Source: a virus. Taken from it: DNA of 64,000 nt. Numbering within the stretch: position 1 is the first letter of the stretch; every line of letters begins with the position of its first letter. The position numbers and the translations under genes are program-made. Shown here piece by piece: positions 48,805-58,321 of this stretch. The DNA lies in IMG/VR virus record IMGVR_UViG_3300032242_000468, positions 55,274 through 119,273 of that record; one strand, given 5' to 3'. The notes beneath the pieces were generated by a model, which was not told where the DNA came from, searched no databases, and was given only the letters and a program-made list of their open reading frames with translations.

Positions 48805-50028
48805 ATGGCGTATGTAATAAAAAACACAGCAGGCGAACAATTAACCATTGTTAACGATGGTACAGTTGATCAAACAACAAGTCTTACTCTTATAGGTAGG
48901 AATTATAGTAATTTTGGTCAAATTATAAATGAAAATTTTGTTCAACTATTAGAAAATTTTGCCAATGGTACTCCTCCAGGTAATCCTATTGCTGGACAAC
49001 TTTGGTATGATTCTGTAAATAAAAAACTTAAATTATACAGTGGTAATTTATTTAGAAGTCTTCCTCAATTAACCAGTTCAATTACTCAACCTTCCGGCCA
49101 AGGTGTTGGTGATATGTGGTATAATACCACTGAACAAAAATTATACATTTTTGATGGATCAAATTATAATTTAATAGGACCTCAATTTACTGGAATTTCT
49201 GGTTTAAATGCTATTGTTCCAGCAAAAATAGTAGATACTGAGAATGTATCACACTATGTTTTAAAACATAATGTAGAAAATATCTTAACAGGCAATGTAG
49301 AAACAATTGCAATCACTGCGGCAGATACTTTTGAAATTAATAGTACTGTTAATCCTATTGCAGGTTTTGATTATCTTAAACGCGGAATAAATCTGTACAG
49401 TTCAAATCCTACTCTTAATAATGGTGTTTCTCGTTTTGGTAATGGAAGGTATGATACTATTTTATGGGGTACAGCAGAAACTGCTCGATCTCTAATTGAC
49501 GATAGTGGAAATATTATATCAGTGAGCGATTTTGTAATTTCTACAAATCCTCAAATTTCTAATACTTTATTACCTACTGGTGCAGGAACTATTGATGTAG
49601 GAAGTAGTGCTTTTCCTTTTAGAACAGTTTATGCAAATACTAACATTGCTACGTATGCTGACTTGGCAGAACGTTACAAAGCAGATGCATTATATGATGA
49701 AGGTACTGTATTAGTAGTTGGTGGAGATTATGAAGTTACTATTTGCAGAACTTATCAAAATGAAAGTGTAGCAGGTGTTGTTAGTTTGTACCCTGCATAT
49801 GCTATGAATGAAGATTTAGGACCATCTAATCTTGCTCCATATATAGCATTAAAAGGTCGTGTTCCTTGCAAAATAAAAGGACCTGTTAAGAAAGGTGATT
49901 TATTGGTTACCAGTGAGTTTCCTGGATATGCTGAATCTAAAAAATCAGGAGATCCGCACGTGGGAATTATCGGAAAGGCACTCCAAGATTTTTCTGGAGA
50001 TTACGGAAAAATAGAAATAATGGTATAA
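48805..50028 (+). CDS. Tail fibre protein with C-terminal Peptidase_G2-like chaperone domain
   Basis: Shared N-terminal module; YADLAERY...IALKGRVPCKIKGPVKKGDLLV...IIGKAL. Confidence 0.78.
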   Translation: MAYVIKNTAGEQLTIVNDGTVDQTTSLTLIGRNYSNFGQIINENFVQLLENFANGTPPGNPIAGQLWYDSVNKKLKLYSGNLFRSLPQLTSSITQPSGQGVGDMWYNTTEQKLYIFDGSNYNLIGPQFTGISGLNAIVPAKIVDTENVSHYVLKHNVENILTGNVETIAITAADTFEINSTVNPIAGFDYLKRGINLYSSNPTLNNGVSRFGNGRYDTILWGTAETARSLIDDSGNIISVSDFVISTNPQISNTLLPTGAGTIDVGSSAFPFRTVYANTNIATYADLAERYKADALYDEGTVLVVGGDYEVTICRTYQNESVAGVVSLYPAYAMNEDLGPSNLAPYIALKGRVPCKIKGPVKKGDLLVTSEFPGYAESKKSGDPHVGIIGKALQDFSGDYGKIEIMV

Positions 50029-50029
50029 T

Positions 50030-50057
50030 AAAAAAGCCGCGTTAAGCGGCTTTTTTT
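50030..50057. terminator. Bidirectional intrinsic terminator
   Basis: AAAAAAGCCGC-GTTAA-GCGGCTTTTTT between convergent operons. Confidence 0.92.
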
Positions 50058-50745
50058 ATGCTTCGGCTTTTGCCTTCTTTTTAACTGTCGGAACTAACTC
50101 CTCAGCCTTTCGACGCATTTCTGCGGCCTGCTTGGCTAATTTGTCTGCTTGACTGCGATAAAGTTTTGCCTGTTGTTCTGGAGTAGCGTCTTCTGGGACA
50201 GCAACCATTTCATCTGGACTAACAGTTTCTCCGAGAACATCTGCTGAAGTTGTTTTAACAGCAGATTCTTGTAAAGCCTTAGCGGCTTTTTCTTCTCTAG
50301 CCTTAACCCACTTGCTCTTATATTCTTCTGGAGGCTCTGTTTTATTTTTAGGAGCCTTTTGTCCTTCTGGAATAATTGCAAGTTCTTCAAGTTTAACACC
50401 TTTTTGTTGGGCAATTAATGTGTTCAACTCGTCTAAAGGAATGTTAGTAGTTGTGTTAGGCATTACAATAACCATATTGGTAGCAACCTTTTTAAGGTGA
50501 CCGTTGGTATGTAAATATTCTAACATGTTATTTCCGTCTGGAAATCTACGTACAGCGAGAATATCGGCAAGTTCATTTGCTTGCTGACCGCTGTCATTTT
50601 CTAACACACTCATCAAAGAGTCATGGTGGAAATCAACTAACCCTTGTGATCCTACTACTAAGGCACTATAAGGGTCTCCTGGTAGCGTTCTATATACGAT
50701 AACGACCCTTGCGCTATTGTTTTTCATCCTGCCGATATGCTTCAT
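50056..50745 (-). CDS. Hypothetical phage protein
   Basis: 229-aa ORF with AAGGA RBS. Confidence 0.75.
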   Translation of the reverse strand: MKHIGRMKNNSARVVIVYRTLPGDPYSALVVGSQGLVDFHHDSLMSVLENDSGQQANELADILAVRRFPDGNNMLEYLHTNGHLKKVATNMVIVMPNTTTNIPLDELNTLIAQQKGVKLEELAIIPEGQKAPKNKTEPPEEYKSKWVKAREEKAAKALQESAVKTTSADVLGETVSPDEMVAVPEDATPEQQAKLYRSQADKLAKQAAEMRRKAEELVPTVKKKAKAEA

Positions 50746-50757
50746 AGTATTTTCCTT

Positions 50758-50979
50758 TTATTGAGCCGCTTGTTGAGCCGCTTGTGCTGGTACTACAGCA
50801 TTTAAGAAAGCATCAAGTTTAGCATATACTTGCCCAACTCCTGCCATCTCTGCCGCTTTGAAAGTACCGCGGGTTGCGGCAATATCAATAATTGCTCTAA
50901 TGTTCTGTAAATCTGTTACAGTTAATTCTGGCGCTTTTGGTGCTTCTTGTGCTGGCGCATTTTCTACTTCGTCTGACAT
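50758..50979 (-). CDS. Hypothetical protein
   Basis: 73-aa ORF with AGGAGA RBS. Confidence 0.75.
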   Translation of the reverse strand: MSDEVENAPAQEAPKAPELTVTDLQNIRAIIDIAATRGTFKAAEMAGVGQVYAKLDAFLNAVVPAQAAQQAAQ

Positions 50980-50980
50980 G

Positions 50981-51271
50981 TCATCTCCTGTTATGTAAAA
51001 TTTGGCATCCGAGGCTAAACATAGTTAGTTCTTTGGGCTCTTCAAACCCAACTTCAAAAACAGTAGTCATTTTGTTATCGTCAATTAAACCGGTGTTTTT
51101 ACGAATACAAAAACGACTGTCTAAATTTTGAAGTATCCAAAGTTCTACTAATTTGACAGTATGGTGATCAACATCACGGAGTGTCATCTTAGCAAAGTTT
51201 GGAGGCATACGCCTTAACTTTCTCATTTCTAAGAGAGCCAAAGGGTTTACCTTACCTCTAACTAAAGCCAT
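50981..51271 (-). CDS. Hypothetical protein
   Basis: 96-aa ORF packed in operon, preceded by TAAATA. Confidence 0.7.
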   Translation of the reverse strand: MALVRGKVNPLALLEMRKLRRMPPNFAKMTLRDVDHHTVKLVELWILQNLDSRFCIRKNTGLIDDNKMTTVFEVGFEEPKELTMFSLGCQILHNRR

Positions 51272-51283
51272 AATATACCTACT

Positions 51284-52540
51284 TTATTTATAATGTGCGT
51301 ACTGGCCGAATGGCGATTTTATGGAATCGTCACCGTGGATAATAAACAGAGTATCGCAATAGTCCTCATCACCCCAACTACCGCAAGGATAACCGTCTGT
51401 AAACATCACAAACTTCTTGGGCTCAATACCCTGTTCTTTCATAAAGTCCCAGTTAACTGTAAAGTCTGTACCACCGCCACCTTTACACTCATATTCCATG
51501 ATTTCATCTGCGGTATCGCCTGTAAATTGCTTGTATCCATATACTTCTGTATCAAATGTCCACAAGTCTAATTTAAAATCTACATACTCATCCATAATGC
51601 CTTTAACTTCACTTAAGAAGTCTTTGGCCATTGCGTCACTGATAGAACCTGACATGTCAATACAGACACTCACATCTACAGTTTCGTCATTGGTCATGCC
51701 TGGTAGTACAGCACCACTATGTTGCGATTTGCGGTTAGGACGCTGGAAACTAAAATTGCTCTTAAGAATACTTTGGATATTCATACGCAGGAGTTCACGC
51801 CAGTCCATTTTAGGCTCTGTAAAGTCTGTAATAAGACGCTGAACACCTGCTGGAACACGACCTGCTCCTGCGGCCTGAGCGGCACTTACCATTGCTTCTT
51901 TGATCTCGTCTTTAATTGCTTTCTTTTCTTCGGCCGTAAGTTTAGGACGACCTTTGCCTTTGCCACTGCCGTCAACTTCTTCGCCGTCACCTTCGGCCTC
52001 GCCTTCACCATCCAAATGCTCGTCTAACAATTCACCTAATTTAGTTAAGTCAATTTTTTCTGCATTGTCGTAAAGGTGTTGGTAAATCTCTTCATAACTC
52101 ATACCGCGGTATTTGTTGTCTTGATAGATCTTCATCCAACTTGGGCTAACACCAATACGCTCGTCTTTCAAAATTTGATTGACAGCATAGTCAGCGGCAA
52201 TATTTGACAGTATAGGATCTCGACCATCTCGGCGACCCAAGTGGTCAAACACATTATGTAGAACTTCGTGTGCGAAACCAAACTCGCACTCTTTAGGATT
52301 CATTTTGTCAACGAATTCTAAGTTAAAATAAAAGTTACGTCCATCTGTGGCTAATGTTTGGCACCAGTCTGAAGCATCAATAAGCGACATACGGGTTGCC
52401 ATATTGCCAAAGAAAGGATGACGCAACAATAGGCCCACACGAGCCGTGATCAATTTGTCAATAATCTTATTCTTTTCTGCCTGTGTAAAGACTTTGGCAG
52501 GCTTTACTTTTTTGGCTTTTTCTGTTGCTGTATTAGACAT
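51284..52540 (-). CDS. Metallopeptidase-like + VWA domain protein (DUF2201-type)
   Basis: HEVLH zincin motif, DMSGS MIDAS motif, GGGGTDF, FTDG. Confidence 0.9.
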   Translation of the reverse strand: MSNTATEKAKKVKPAKVFTQAEKNKIIDKLITARVGLLLRHPFFGNMATRMSLIDASDWCQTLATDGRNFYFNLEFVDKMNPKECEFGFAHEVLHNVFDHLGRRDGRDPILSNIAADYAVNQILKDERIGVSPSWMKIYQDNKYRGMSYEEIYQHLYDNAEKIDLTKLGELLDEHLDGEGEAEGDGEEVDGSGKGKGRPKLTAEEKKAIKDEIKEAMVSAAQAAGAGRVPAGVQRLITDFTEPKMDWRELLRMNIQSILKSNFSFQRPNRKSQHSGAVLPGMTNDETVDVSVCIDMSGSISDAMAKDFLSEVKGIMDEYVDFKLDLWTFDTEVYGYKQFTGDTADEIMEYECKGGGGTDFTVNWDFMKEQGIEPKKFVMFTDGYPCGSWGDEDYCDTLFIIHGDDSIKSPFGQYAHYK

Positions 52541-52568
52541 ATGGTACCTTTCTGTAGTGTATGTATAT

Positions 52569-52597
52569 ATTATATACTCTTTTTGCTAAAAGAGCAA
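52569..52597 (-). promoter_or_regulatory. Sigma70-type promoter with inverted repeat in spacer
   Basis: TTGCTC-17 bp-TATAAT; a CTCTTTT..AAAAGAG palindrome overlaps the -35 and spacer. Confidence 0.6.
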
Positions 52598-52600
52598 GCG

Positions 52601-52626
52601 AAACAGGCCCTTTCGGGCCCGTTTTT
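52601..52626 (-). terminator. Stem-loop/terminator after AAA gene
   Basis: Minus strand AAACGGGCCC-GAAA-GGGCCTGTTT; weak U-tract. Confidence 0.6.
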
Positions 52627-53707
52627 AGTTCTCCATTGCTTGGATAATGTACTTGCCGTACTTATCATGGAACTTGTCAAAATGCTTCAATTTGCTAGCA
52701 TCAAATGGTAAGTTATAGTTAGTGAGGGCAATCTTGGCACCCATAACAACCAATTCAGTTGGGAAATTATCCATCATAAACTTGAAGAAGTTGTCTGCCA
52801 TACCGTCCCAACCTTTAACTTTCTTTTGGTCTGCGGTTTGGAGTTCGTAGCACAGGCTAATTGCCAAAGAGTACATCGCAGAGATTTCTTTGATGTTGAC
52901 TTTCTCAACCTTGCCTGACAGAATGTCTTCTGGCTTAGGCATTTGTTTTGCTACCTTGCGGTGTGCCATAAACTTGATAGCAAGGCCTTCACCAATAGCA
53001 CCTGACACCAAATCTGTCAATGTACCTTCTGGCAAGTCGTCATCGCCCAACAACTCGCTTACAAACGACCAAGAACGGGGAGTAGCAAAAGACTTGCTGG
53101 CGCTCTTTGGATCAAAGTCGTACAAGTCGCCTTTAGCAAAACCAATGTAACCTACAACCTGCTCATGAATGCGGTTGTTAACAGCCCACTGGTGCCAGTC
53201 TTCAAAGTCTGTACGCAATTCCAAGTGAACAAAACGGTTAGCCAATGGGCTAGGCATACGATAAGTAACACCTTTATCTGTTTCACGGTTACCTGCGGCA
53301 ACAATTGAAACGCCTTTTGGCAATTTGTATGTGCCAACACGACGGTTAAGCACCAATTGGAAAGCCGCCGCCTGTGTAGCAGGAGCCGCAGAGTTCAACT
53401 CATCTAAGAACAGGATAGCAGTTGAGTCTGGATCTGTGGGCAATTCTGCAGGAGGTGCCCAGGTCATAGTGTTTTCTACACTATTGTAATATGGAATACC
53501 CTTAATATCTGTAGGTTCCCATAAACTCAAACGAACATCAATGACTTCACGACCTTGCTCATCACCAATTTGTTTAACAATGTCACTCTTGCCAATGCCT
53601 GGGGCACCCCATAGGAACAATGGACGTTGGATTTTGAGTGCTTTACGAACCGCAGCCTTTGCTTCGTTTGGAGAAACTGTACGATTAGTGCTGATTTTTT
53701 CTGCCAT
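52625..53707 (-). CDS. MoxR-type AAA+ ATPase
   Basis: Walker A GAPGIGKS, Walker B LFLDE, AAGNR, PLANRF. Paired with the VWA gene. Confidence 0.9.
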   Translation of the reverse strand: MAEKISTNRTVSPNEAKAAVRKALKIQRPLFLWGAPGIGKSDIVKQIGDEQGREVIDVRLSLWEPTDIKGIPYYNSVENTMTWAPPAELPTDPDSTAILFLDELNSAAPATQAAAFQLVLNRRVGTYKLPKGVSIVAAGNRETDKGVTYRMPSPLANRFVHLELRTDFEDWHQWAVNNRIHEQVVGYIGFAKGDLYDFDPKSASKSFATPRSWSFVSELLGDDDLPEGTLTDLVSGAIGEGLAIKFMAHRKVAKQMPKPEDILSGKVEKVNIKEISAMYSLAISLCYELQTADQKKVKGWDGMADNFFKFMMDNFPTELVVMGAKIALTNYNLPFDASKLKHFDKFHDKYGKYIIQAMEN

Positions 53708-53765
53708 TTTGGATCCTTAAAAAGTAGTGTTTTACTGTGTCTTTCACAGTATTATTAGTATACTA

Positions 53766-54164
53766 CTATTCCGAGACTTTGTCTGTGGCTTTTCTGCTAC
53801 TCTTGTCTTTTGCGTAGCCGAATTTAACCAAATTTCCGGAGAAAAGAACCAATTGTACTGCCATCTTCTCGCTGAATACGTATACACTCTTTCGGTCTAT
53901 ATAAAATGGCGAATCTATGTATTTGTCTAACCAAAGTATATGTCGGTTTTCAAATACCTGTTTCTTGTCTTCCATATCCACTTTGTAGGATTTCAAGTGT
54001 TGGCTAAATGCTTCAAATCCCTGATCGGTTAGTCTTAGCCCACCTTTTTCTTTAATTCGTGGGTTTACCCAAAATGTGGCAATAAATCGTTTGAATGTTT
54101 TGATGTCGTCGGGATAACCTAAGCAATTAACTATGTATTTGGTTAGTTCAATTTTCTGATTCAT
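53766..54164 (-). CDS. Hypothetical protein
   Basis: 132-aa ORF overlapping its neighbour in operon. Confidence 0.75.
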   Translation of the reverse strand: MNQKIELTKYIVNCLGYPDDIKTFKRFIATFWVNPRIKEKGGLRLTDQGFEAFSQHLKSYKVDMEDKKQVFENRHILWLDKYIDSPFYIDRKSVYVFSEKMAVQLVLFSGNLVKFGYAKDKSSRKATDKVSE

Positions 54165-54447
54165 CTTGGACTTTCTTACCTGTAGTTAGTTTATATACAG
54201 AAAAGTCCTGGCAATTAAAGGTTTTATTAAGTTTTTCGGCAAGATTGAATGCGTGTCCGCTGTTTGAAAAACTAACCTTTTTATATTTGGGTCCAACTTC
54301 GGCGGCCAAGATACTGCTGGTTTTCAAATTGACAGGTTTATCTCGATAAAAAACAGCCCAAATGGCATCGGCTTCTAAAACTTGTTCTGTTTTATAATTA
54401 GTTTTGTTTGTTATTTCTAATAAAACGGTTGGCTTAGGCCTGCTCAT
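54148..54447 (-). CDS. Hypothetical protein
   Basis: 99-aa ORF with GGAG RBS and TAAATA upstream. Confidence 0.75.
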   Translation of the reverse strand: MSRPKPTVLLEITNKTNYKTEQVLEADAIWAVFYRDKPVNLKTSSILAAEVGPKYKKVSFSNSGHAFNLAEKLNKTFNCQDFSVYKLTTGKKVQDESEN

Positions 54448-54487
54448 AATAAGTGCGCTCCAAATGTACGCACTTATTTATTACAGA

Positions 54488-54727
54488 TCAGCGTAAACCG
54501 CCCCCGTCCATATTAACGGTAATTACTTCTTCTGAGGGAGTCTGTTGAAGTTGTTCTTCTTGTACACCTGCTAATCTGATCATAGCAATAGTAATACTTT
54601 CTGTCAATTGAACTGCTTCGTCAATAGTGAGTGTCACAGATTTTTGTTTGGATTTGTAGGCTATCTTAGACTTATTGATAAAGTTTTCGATAGGTATTAT
54701 ATTAAGTGGGCGTATCGGATTCGTCAT
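54488..54727 (-). CDS. Hypothetical protein
   Basis: 79-aa ORF in operon. Confidence 0.65.
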   Translation of the reverse strand: MTNPIRPLNIIPIENFINKSKIAYKSKQKSVTLTIDEAVQLTESITIAMIRLAGVQEEQLQQTPSEEVITVNMDGGGLR

Positions 54728-55202
54728 TTTGTTTCCCTACTGAGTTTAAAATTGTTTTCATTTCAAGTTCTGTTTTGAACGGACCTTTAAACGGATAACG
54801 TTCAAGTGTGATCAGTTTAGGACAGAATGATTTTACCCAACCTTTGCGGAATTGAATAACATAATATCCGGCACAATACTGACTCTTGCTTTTTGTGCTC
54901 TTTGCGTAGATAGGCAGTTTTTTAACTACGTTGTACAAAGGTCCGTAGGGTTTAGAACTACAAGGATAGTCATAAACAGAATATTGGTTATTTGTAGGCT
55001 GTACTTTGGCTTTTGAATACTGCTCAAATTGAACACCTAATTTTTCAATAACTTCATCAAGTGTACCTACTTCTAACTTGACACCTTGTTTATCTACACT
55101 ATAGATTTTCTTTTCTTTGCGTAGGGTGCCAATTTTCTGTCCATCCTGTTCAAGGATCCAGCATTTTCCATCGATGATAGGTTTAGCATTAATTAGTTTC
55201 AT
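54702..55202 (-). CDS. Hypothetical protein
   Basis: 166-aa ORF with GAGG RBS, downstream of RNase H. Confidence 0.75.
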   Translation of the reverse strand: MKLINAKPIIDGKCWILEQDGQKIGTLRKEKKIYSVDKQGVKLEVGTLDEVIEKLGVQFEQYSKAKVQPTNNQYSVYDYPCSSKPYGPLYNVVKKLPIYAKSTKSKSQYCAGYYVIQFRKGWVKSFCPKLITLERYPFKGPFKTELEMKTILNSVGKQNDESDTPT

Positions 55203-56184
55203 TTACATACCTCGCACTTAATGGTTCAGCATAACTTTGAACCTGTTCACTAATTTTCTGTAGGTCATATTCACCACAGAACTTTAACAATCTAATACCA
55301 ACTTGGCTTAGATTCTTTTCGGCATCTTTAGAAGCCTGTATTGTTTCACGAATAAGTTGTTTAATGTCATCCGGCTGTGCTGTCAAATCACACAATTGTA
55401 CATTACGATTATAATCGTCAAGTACACGATGTTCGACACCTTCATGGTCGGTCCAACGTTGAAGCATCATATTGTTCCAAGAAAATCCTTTACTCGCCCT
55501 GTCAGCATACGCTTCACGGAGACCAATTTTATTCTTTGTCCCTTTCTCACGTACTCCCGGATATGCACTAAAGATATTGTCGGAGGTGTCTCCACGCATA
55601 CACTTCTCAAATAACAACCAGCCTGGATCCGGCGCGGCTTTTTCTTGTTTAGTTTTAGAATCAATGACACGTTTTCCCTTTTCATTGAAGTATCCTTCGT
55701 GTGTGGTAGTGATCTGCATCACACCATTATACTGTTTTACATTAGGGGCAATCAATTGTGCGAAATCGCCGTCTGTTGAGATGATCACATGATCATCGTT
55801 TGGATGTGCTTGAATGAATCCTGCGATTAAATCGTCTGCTTCAAGTTGTGGATGTTGTAGAACAGTACAGTTGGTCTTATTAGCAATAAAATCTTTGAAC
55901 TGATCAAATGTTTCCCAAAAGATTTTGTCTTCTTCTTGTTCACGGGGAGTCTGCGCGGCACGGGCATCTGAACGTTGACGCTTGTAAGGGGCATAATAAT
56001 CCTTACGCCACGAACGACCTTCTAAACAGAATACAACATGGCTACCATTAAAGTCTTTCCATGCTTTGCGGACACTGCTCAATACCGTGTGTATGCTCAT
56101 GCCAACTTTGTCTTCAGTTGACCCTCGAATAACGTGTCTGGCTCTAAAAAATGTGTTTGCTGTGTCTACTAAAATATATGTCAT
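55189..56184 (-). CDS. rnh: T4 RNase H-like 5'-3' exonuclease
   Basis: ILVD, SWRK..Y..YK, LEADDLIA, ISTDGDFAQL, GDTSDNI motifs. Confidence 0.92.
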   Translation of the reverse strand: MTYILVDTANTFFRARHVIRGSTEDKVGMSIHTVLSSVRKAWKDFNGSHVVFCLEGRSWRKDYYAPYKRQRSDARAAQTPREQEEDKIFWETFDQFKDFIANKTNCTVLQHPQLEADDLIAGFIQAHPNDDHVIISTDGDFAQLIAPNVKQYNGVMQITTTHEGYFNEKGKRVIDSKTKQEKAAPDPGWLLFEKCMRGDTSDNIFSAYPGVREKGTKNKIGLREAYADRASKGFSWNNMMLQRWTDHEGVEHRVLDDYNRNVQLCDLTAQPDDIKQLIRETIQASKDAEKNLSQVGIRLLKFCGEYDLQKISEQVQSYAEPLSARYVNETN

Positions 56185-56630
56185 TAACTGACCTCGGCTC
56201 TTCCGTTACCAATACTTGTTACATCAATAAAGCCAGAACCTCGTCTGTCCATATTGACCCCTTCTTCGGCTCCGACATTACGACAAAGTTCACTGAACCA
56301 TTGGTCCACAATCTCTTCGTCTGTTTTGCCTCTGTAGCCTTCTGCTTTTAATTGTAACACAAAGTACTCGTTCCAGTCAAGTTCAAAGAACCCGTTACGA
56401 ATATTATCCTGATTAACATGTGTATTTAATACCGCAACCCAAGGCTCTTTGTTAAGAGTAGCACGTTCTTTTGGAGTCATAGCCGCCGCTTCTGCGTATA
56501 ATTTGGCTTCTGCGGCTTTAATAACTGCTTGTTCTTCAATTTCTTTGGCAACTCTTGCGGCTTCTTCTGCTTTGGCTTTTTCTGCCTCAATCTTGTCTAT
56601 ACCAAAAATACGCTTAATTAACTTGTTCAT
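56184..56630 (-). CDS. Hypothetical protein
   Basis: ORF coupled by TAATG overlaps to both queE and rnh. Confidence 0.75.
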   Translation of the reverse strand: MNKLIKRIFGIDKIEAEKAKAEEAARVAKEIEEQAVIKAAEAKLYAEAAAMTPKERATLNKEPWVAVLNTHVNQDNIRNGFFELDWNEYFVLQLKAEGYRGKTDEEIVDQWFSELCRNVGAEEGVNMDRRGSGFIDVTSIGNGRAEVS

Positions 56631-57475
56631 TATGTACCCCATTCGTTTTTAAATAGTGGCACTTGTAATCTATCACTATAACGCCATCCACGTTTCATAG
56701 CCGCCAGTGCTACATTCTTTGCATTTAAGTTATACACACTTTCAACACCGCCCACTGGCATTAGATAAACATGACCAGTAAATCCAGCGGCACGATACGC
56801 ACTAACAGCACATTCTGCGTCGGCAATATCTTGTTCAGTTGCTACTACAAATTTAAGATAAGCAGTTCCGAACCATTCGTATTCACAAACAACTTTAGGT
56901 TGTATAGCATCCTCCCATGATTCTCCACTTGCTGGTAATTTGGCACTTACACTAAATGTAATTTCTCTACCAGATTTATTGGCCCATTTATATAGATACG
57001 ATCTGAATTCATCAGATAGACGCTGAGTTCCATTTGTTTCAAATGTAATCTCTTTTAAGCCAGCCATTGAAGGATGATTTAACAATTCAGGATATTGTTT
57101 CTGCCAGCCTAATAATGGCTCCCCACCTGTGATTACAAGATGTTCGTCTTCCCACCTTTTGTTAGGAAGTATATCCATAATCGAATCGGCAATACTATCA
57201 GTAGAAAGCATAGGAGAAAGATGCTTGAAGCGAGGATCCCAACTAGCGTAACTATCACAGCCGGTACTAACAAGAGGCAATTCTCTATATTCGTTAAACA
57301 TGTGTACAACAGATGCGATATCTTCAACTTCATCACTTAATTCTCCTCTTGGCATGCCAAATCCGGCACATTTAAAATTACAACCAAACACACGCAAGAA
57401 CACGGAAGGTACTCCCATGTACCTTCCTTCACCTTGTACGCTGTAAAATAGTTCTGCTACTTTAAGTTTTGCCAT
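56630..57475 (-). CDS. queE: 7-carboxy-7-deazaguanine synthase (radical SAM)
   Basis: ELFYSVQGEG, FLRVFGCNFKC...CDS, VITGGEPLL, ETNGT motifs. Confidence 0.9.
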   Translation of the reverse strand: MAKLKVAELFYSVQGEGRYMGVPSVFLRVFGCNFKCAGFGMPRGELSDEVEDIASVVHMFNEYRELPLVSTGCDSYASWDPRFKHLSPMLSTDSIADSIMDILPNKRWEDEHLVITGGEPLLGWQKQYPELLNHPSMAGLKEITFETNGTQRLSDEFRSYLYKWANKSGREITFSVSAKLPASGESWEDAIQPKVVCEYEWFGTAYLKFVVATEQDIADAECAVSAYRAAGFTGHVYLMPVGGVESVYNLNAKNVALAAMKRGWRYSDRLQVPLFKNEWGT

Positions 57476-57663
57476 TAATTTGTTTCCTGTCTAAATCGTT
57501 GTAAAAACGCACCAATTAGACAATTGTATTCTTGTCCTGTTGCGGGGTTAGTATAGTATACCCATGTTCCGTCTTCTTTGTCAACAACATTAGTGACCTT
57601 AAATTCGGTACTATCAGTTGATGTCCATGTACTTGGAAAATCAATAATATGTTTAGCCGGCAT
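57475..57663 (-). CDS. Hypothetical protein
   Basis: 62-aa ORF translationally coupled to queE. Confidence 0.65.
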   Translation of the reverse strand: MPAKHIIDFPSTWTSTDSTEFKVTNVVDKEDGTWVYYTNPATGQEYNCLIGAFLQRFRQETN

Positions 57664-58117
57664 TTTGTTTCTTCTCGTTTAAATATGTTTCATAATGGAT
57701 CCACTTGTTGTTAACAAGAAAACCCCATTCACGTTTTCTCGGACCTACAAAAAATAGTGTCCATGCTGTAACATCGGGATCTAATTCAATTCGATGATAA
57801 GTGTTCATCTTACCAAATCTAAAAGTTCCTGCTCCTCTCCATTTTTTAACTTCGGCAATCTTGTTGCCTTGGTCGTCAAACATAGGAAGCCATTCCCAAT
57901 AACCGCCTTTTAGAATAAGACTGGCATAGTTCCAAGGATGATCATGAACATCATCCGGATCAGATTTTAAAAACTTGTGTAAAAATATATTATAAGGAAA
58001 TGTTACACGCTCTTTGAATAAGACGTAATAACGCTCTAAGTATGGCTCCTGATCGGTACGATCCATAATAATACGTTTGCGATCATGTCGTTCTAACCAG
58101 TTTAAGAGCCATTTCAT
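57653..58117 (-). CDS. Cupin-fold (dioxygenase-like) protein
   Basis: HDHPW...ILKGGYWE...HRIEL...WTLF metal-binding cupin pattern. Start moved to ATG 58117. Confidence 0.65.
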   Translation of the reverse strand: MKWLLNWLERHDRKRIIMDRTDQEPYLERYYVLFKERVTFPYNIFLHKFLKSDPDDVHDHPWNYASLILKGGYWEWLPMFDDQGNKIAEVKKWRGAGTFRFGKMNTYHRIELDPDVTAWTLFFVGPRKREWGFLVNNKWIHYETYLNEKKQNAG

Positions 58118-58118
58118 C

Positions 58119-58310
58119 TTAGTCGTCCTTTTCCATATCCAATGCTTCGTTAATAACAGCAAACAATTCTTCACGTGTACCACACATGATCTTTGCTGTC
58201 TTCCAATCGTTTTCGTCATCACGACCGCTAACTTCGATCATAAAACCGTTGTCATAACGATTGACTGTAAATGATTCGTTTACTTTTGATAGTTTTTCTA
58301 AATGTGCCAT
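58119..58310 (-). CDS. Hypothetical protein
   Basis: 63-aa ORF with AGGAG RBS. Confidence 0.75.
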   Translation of the reverse strand: MAHLEKLSKVNESFTVNRYDNGFMIEVSGRDDENDWKTAKIMCGTREELFAVINEALDMEKDD

Positions 58311-58321
58311 TTGATTCTCCT

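Noticed and set aside
57653-58222. Longer 189-aa start for the cupin ORF
   Set aside because: It would overlap the 63-aa gene by about 100 bp; ATG 58117 follows that gene's stop directly.
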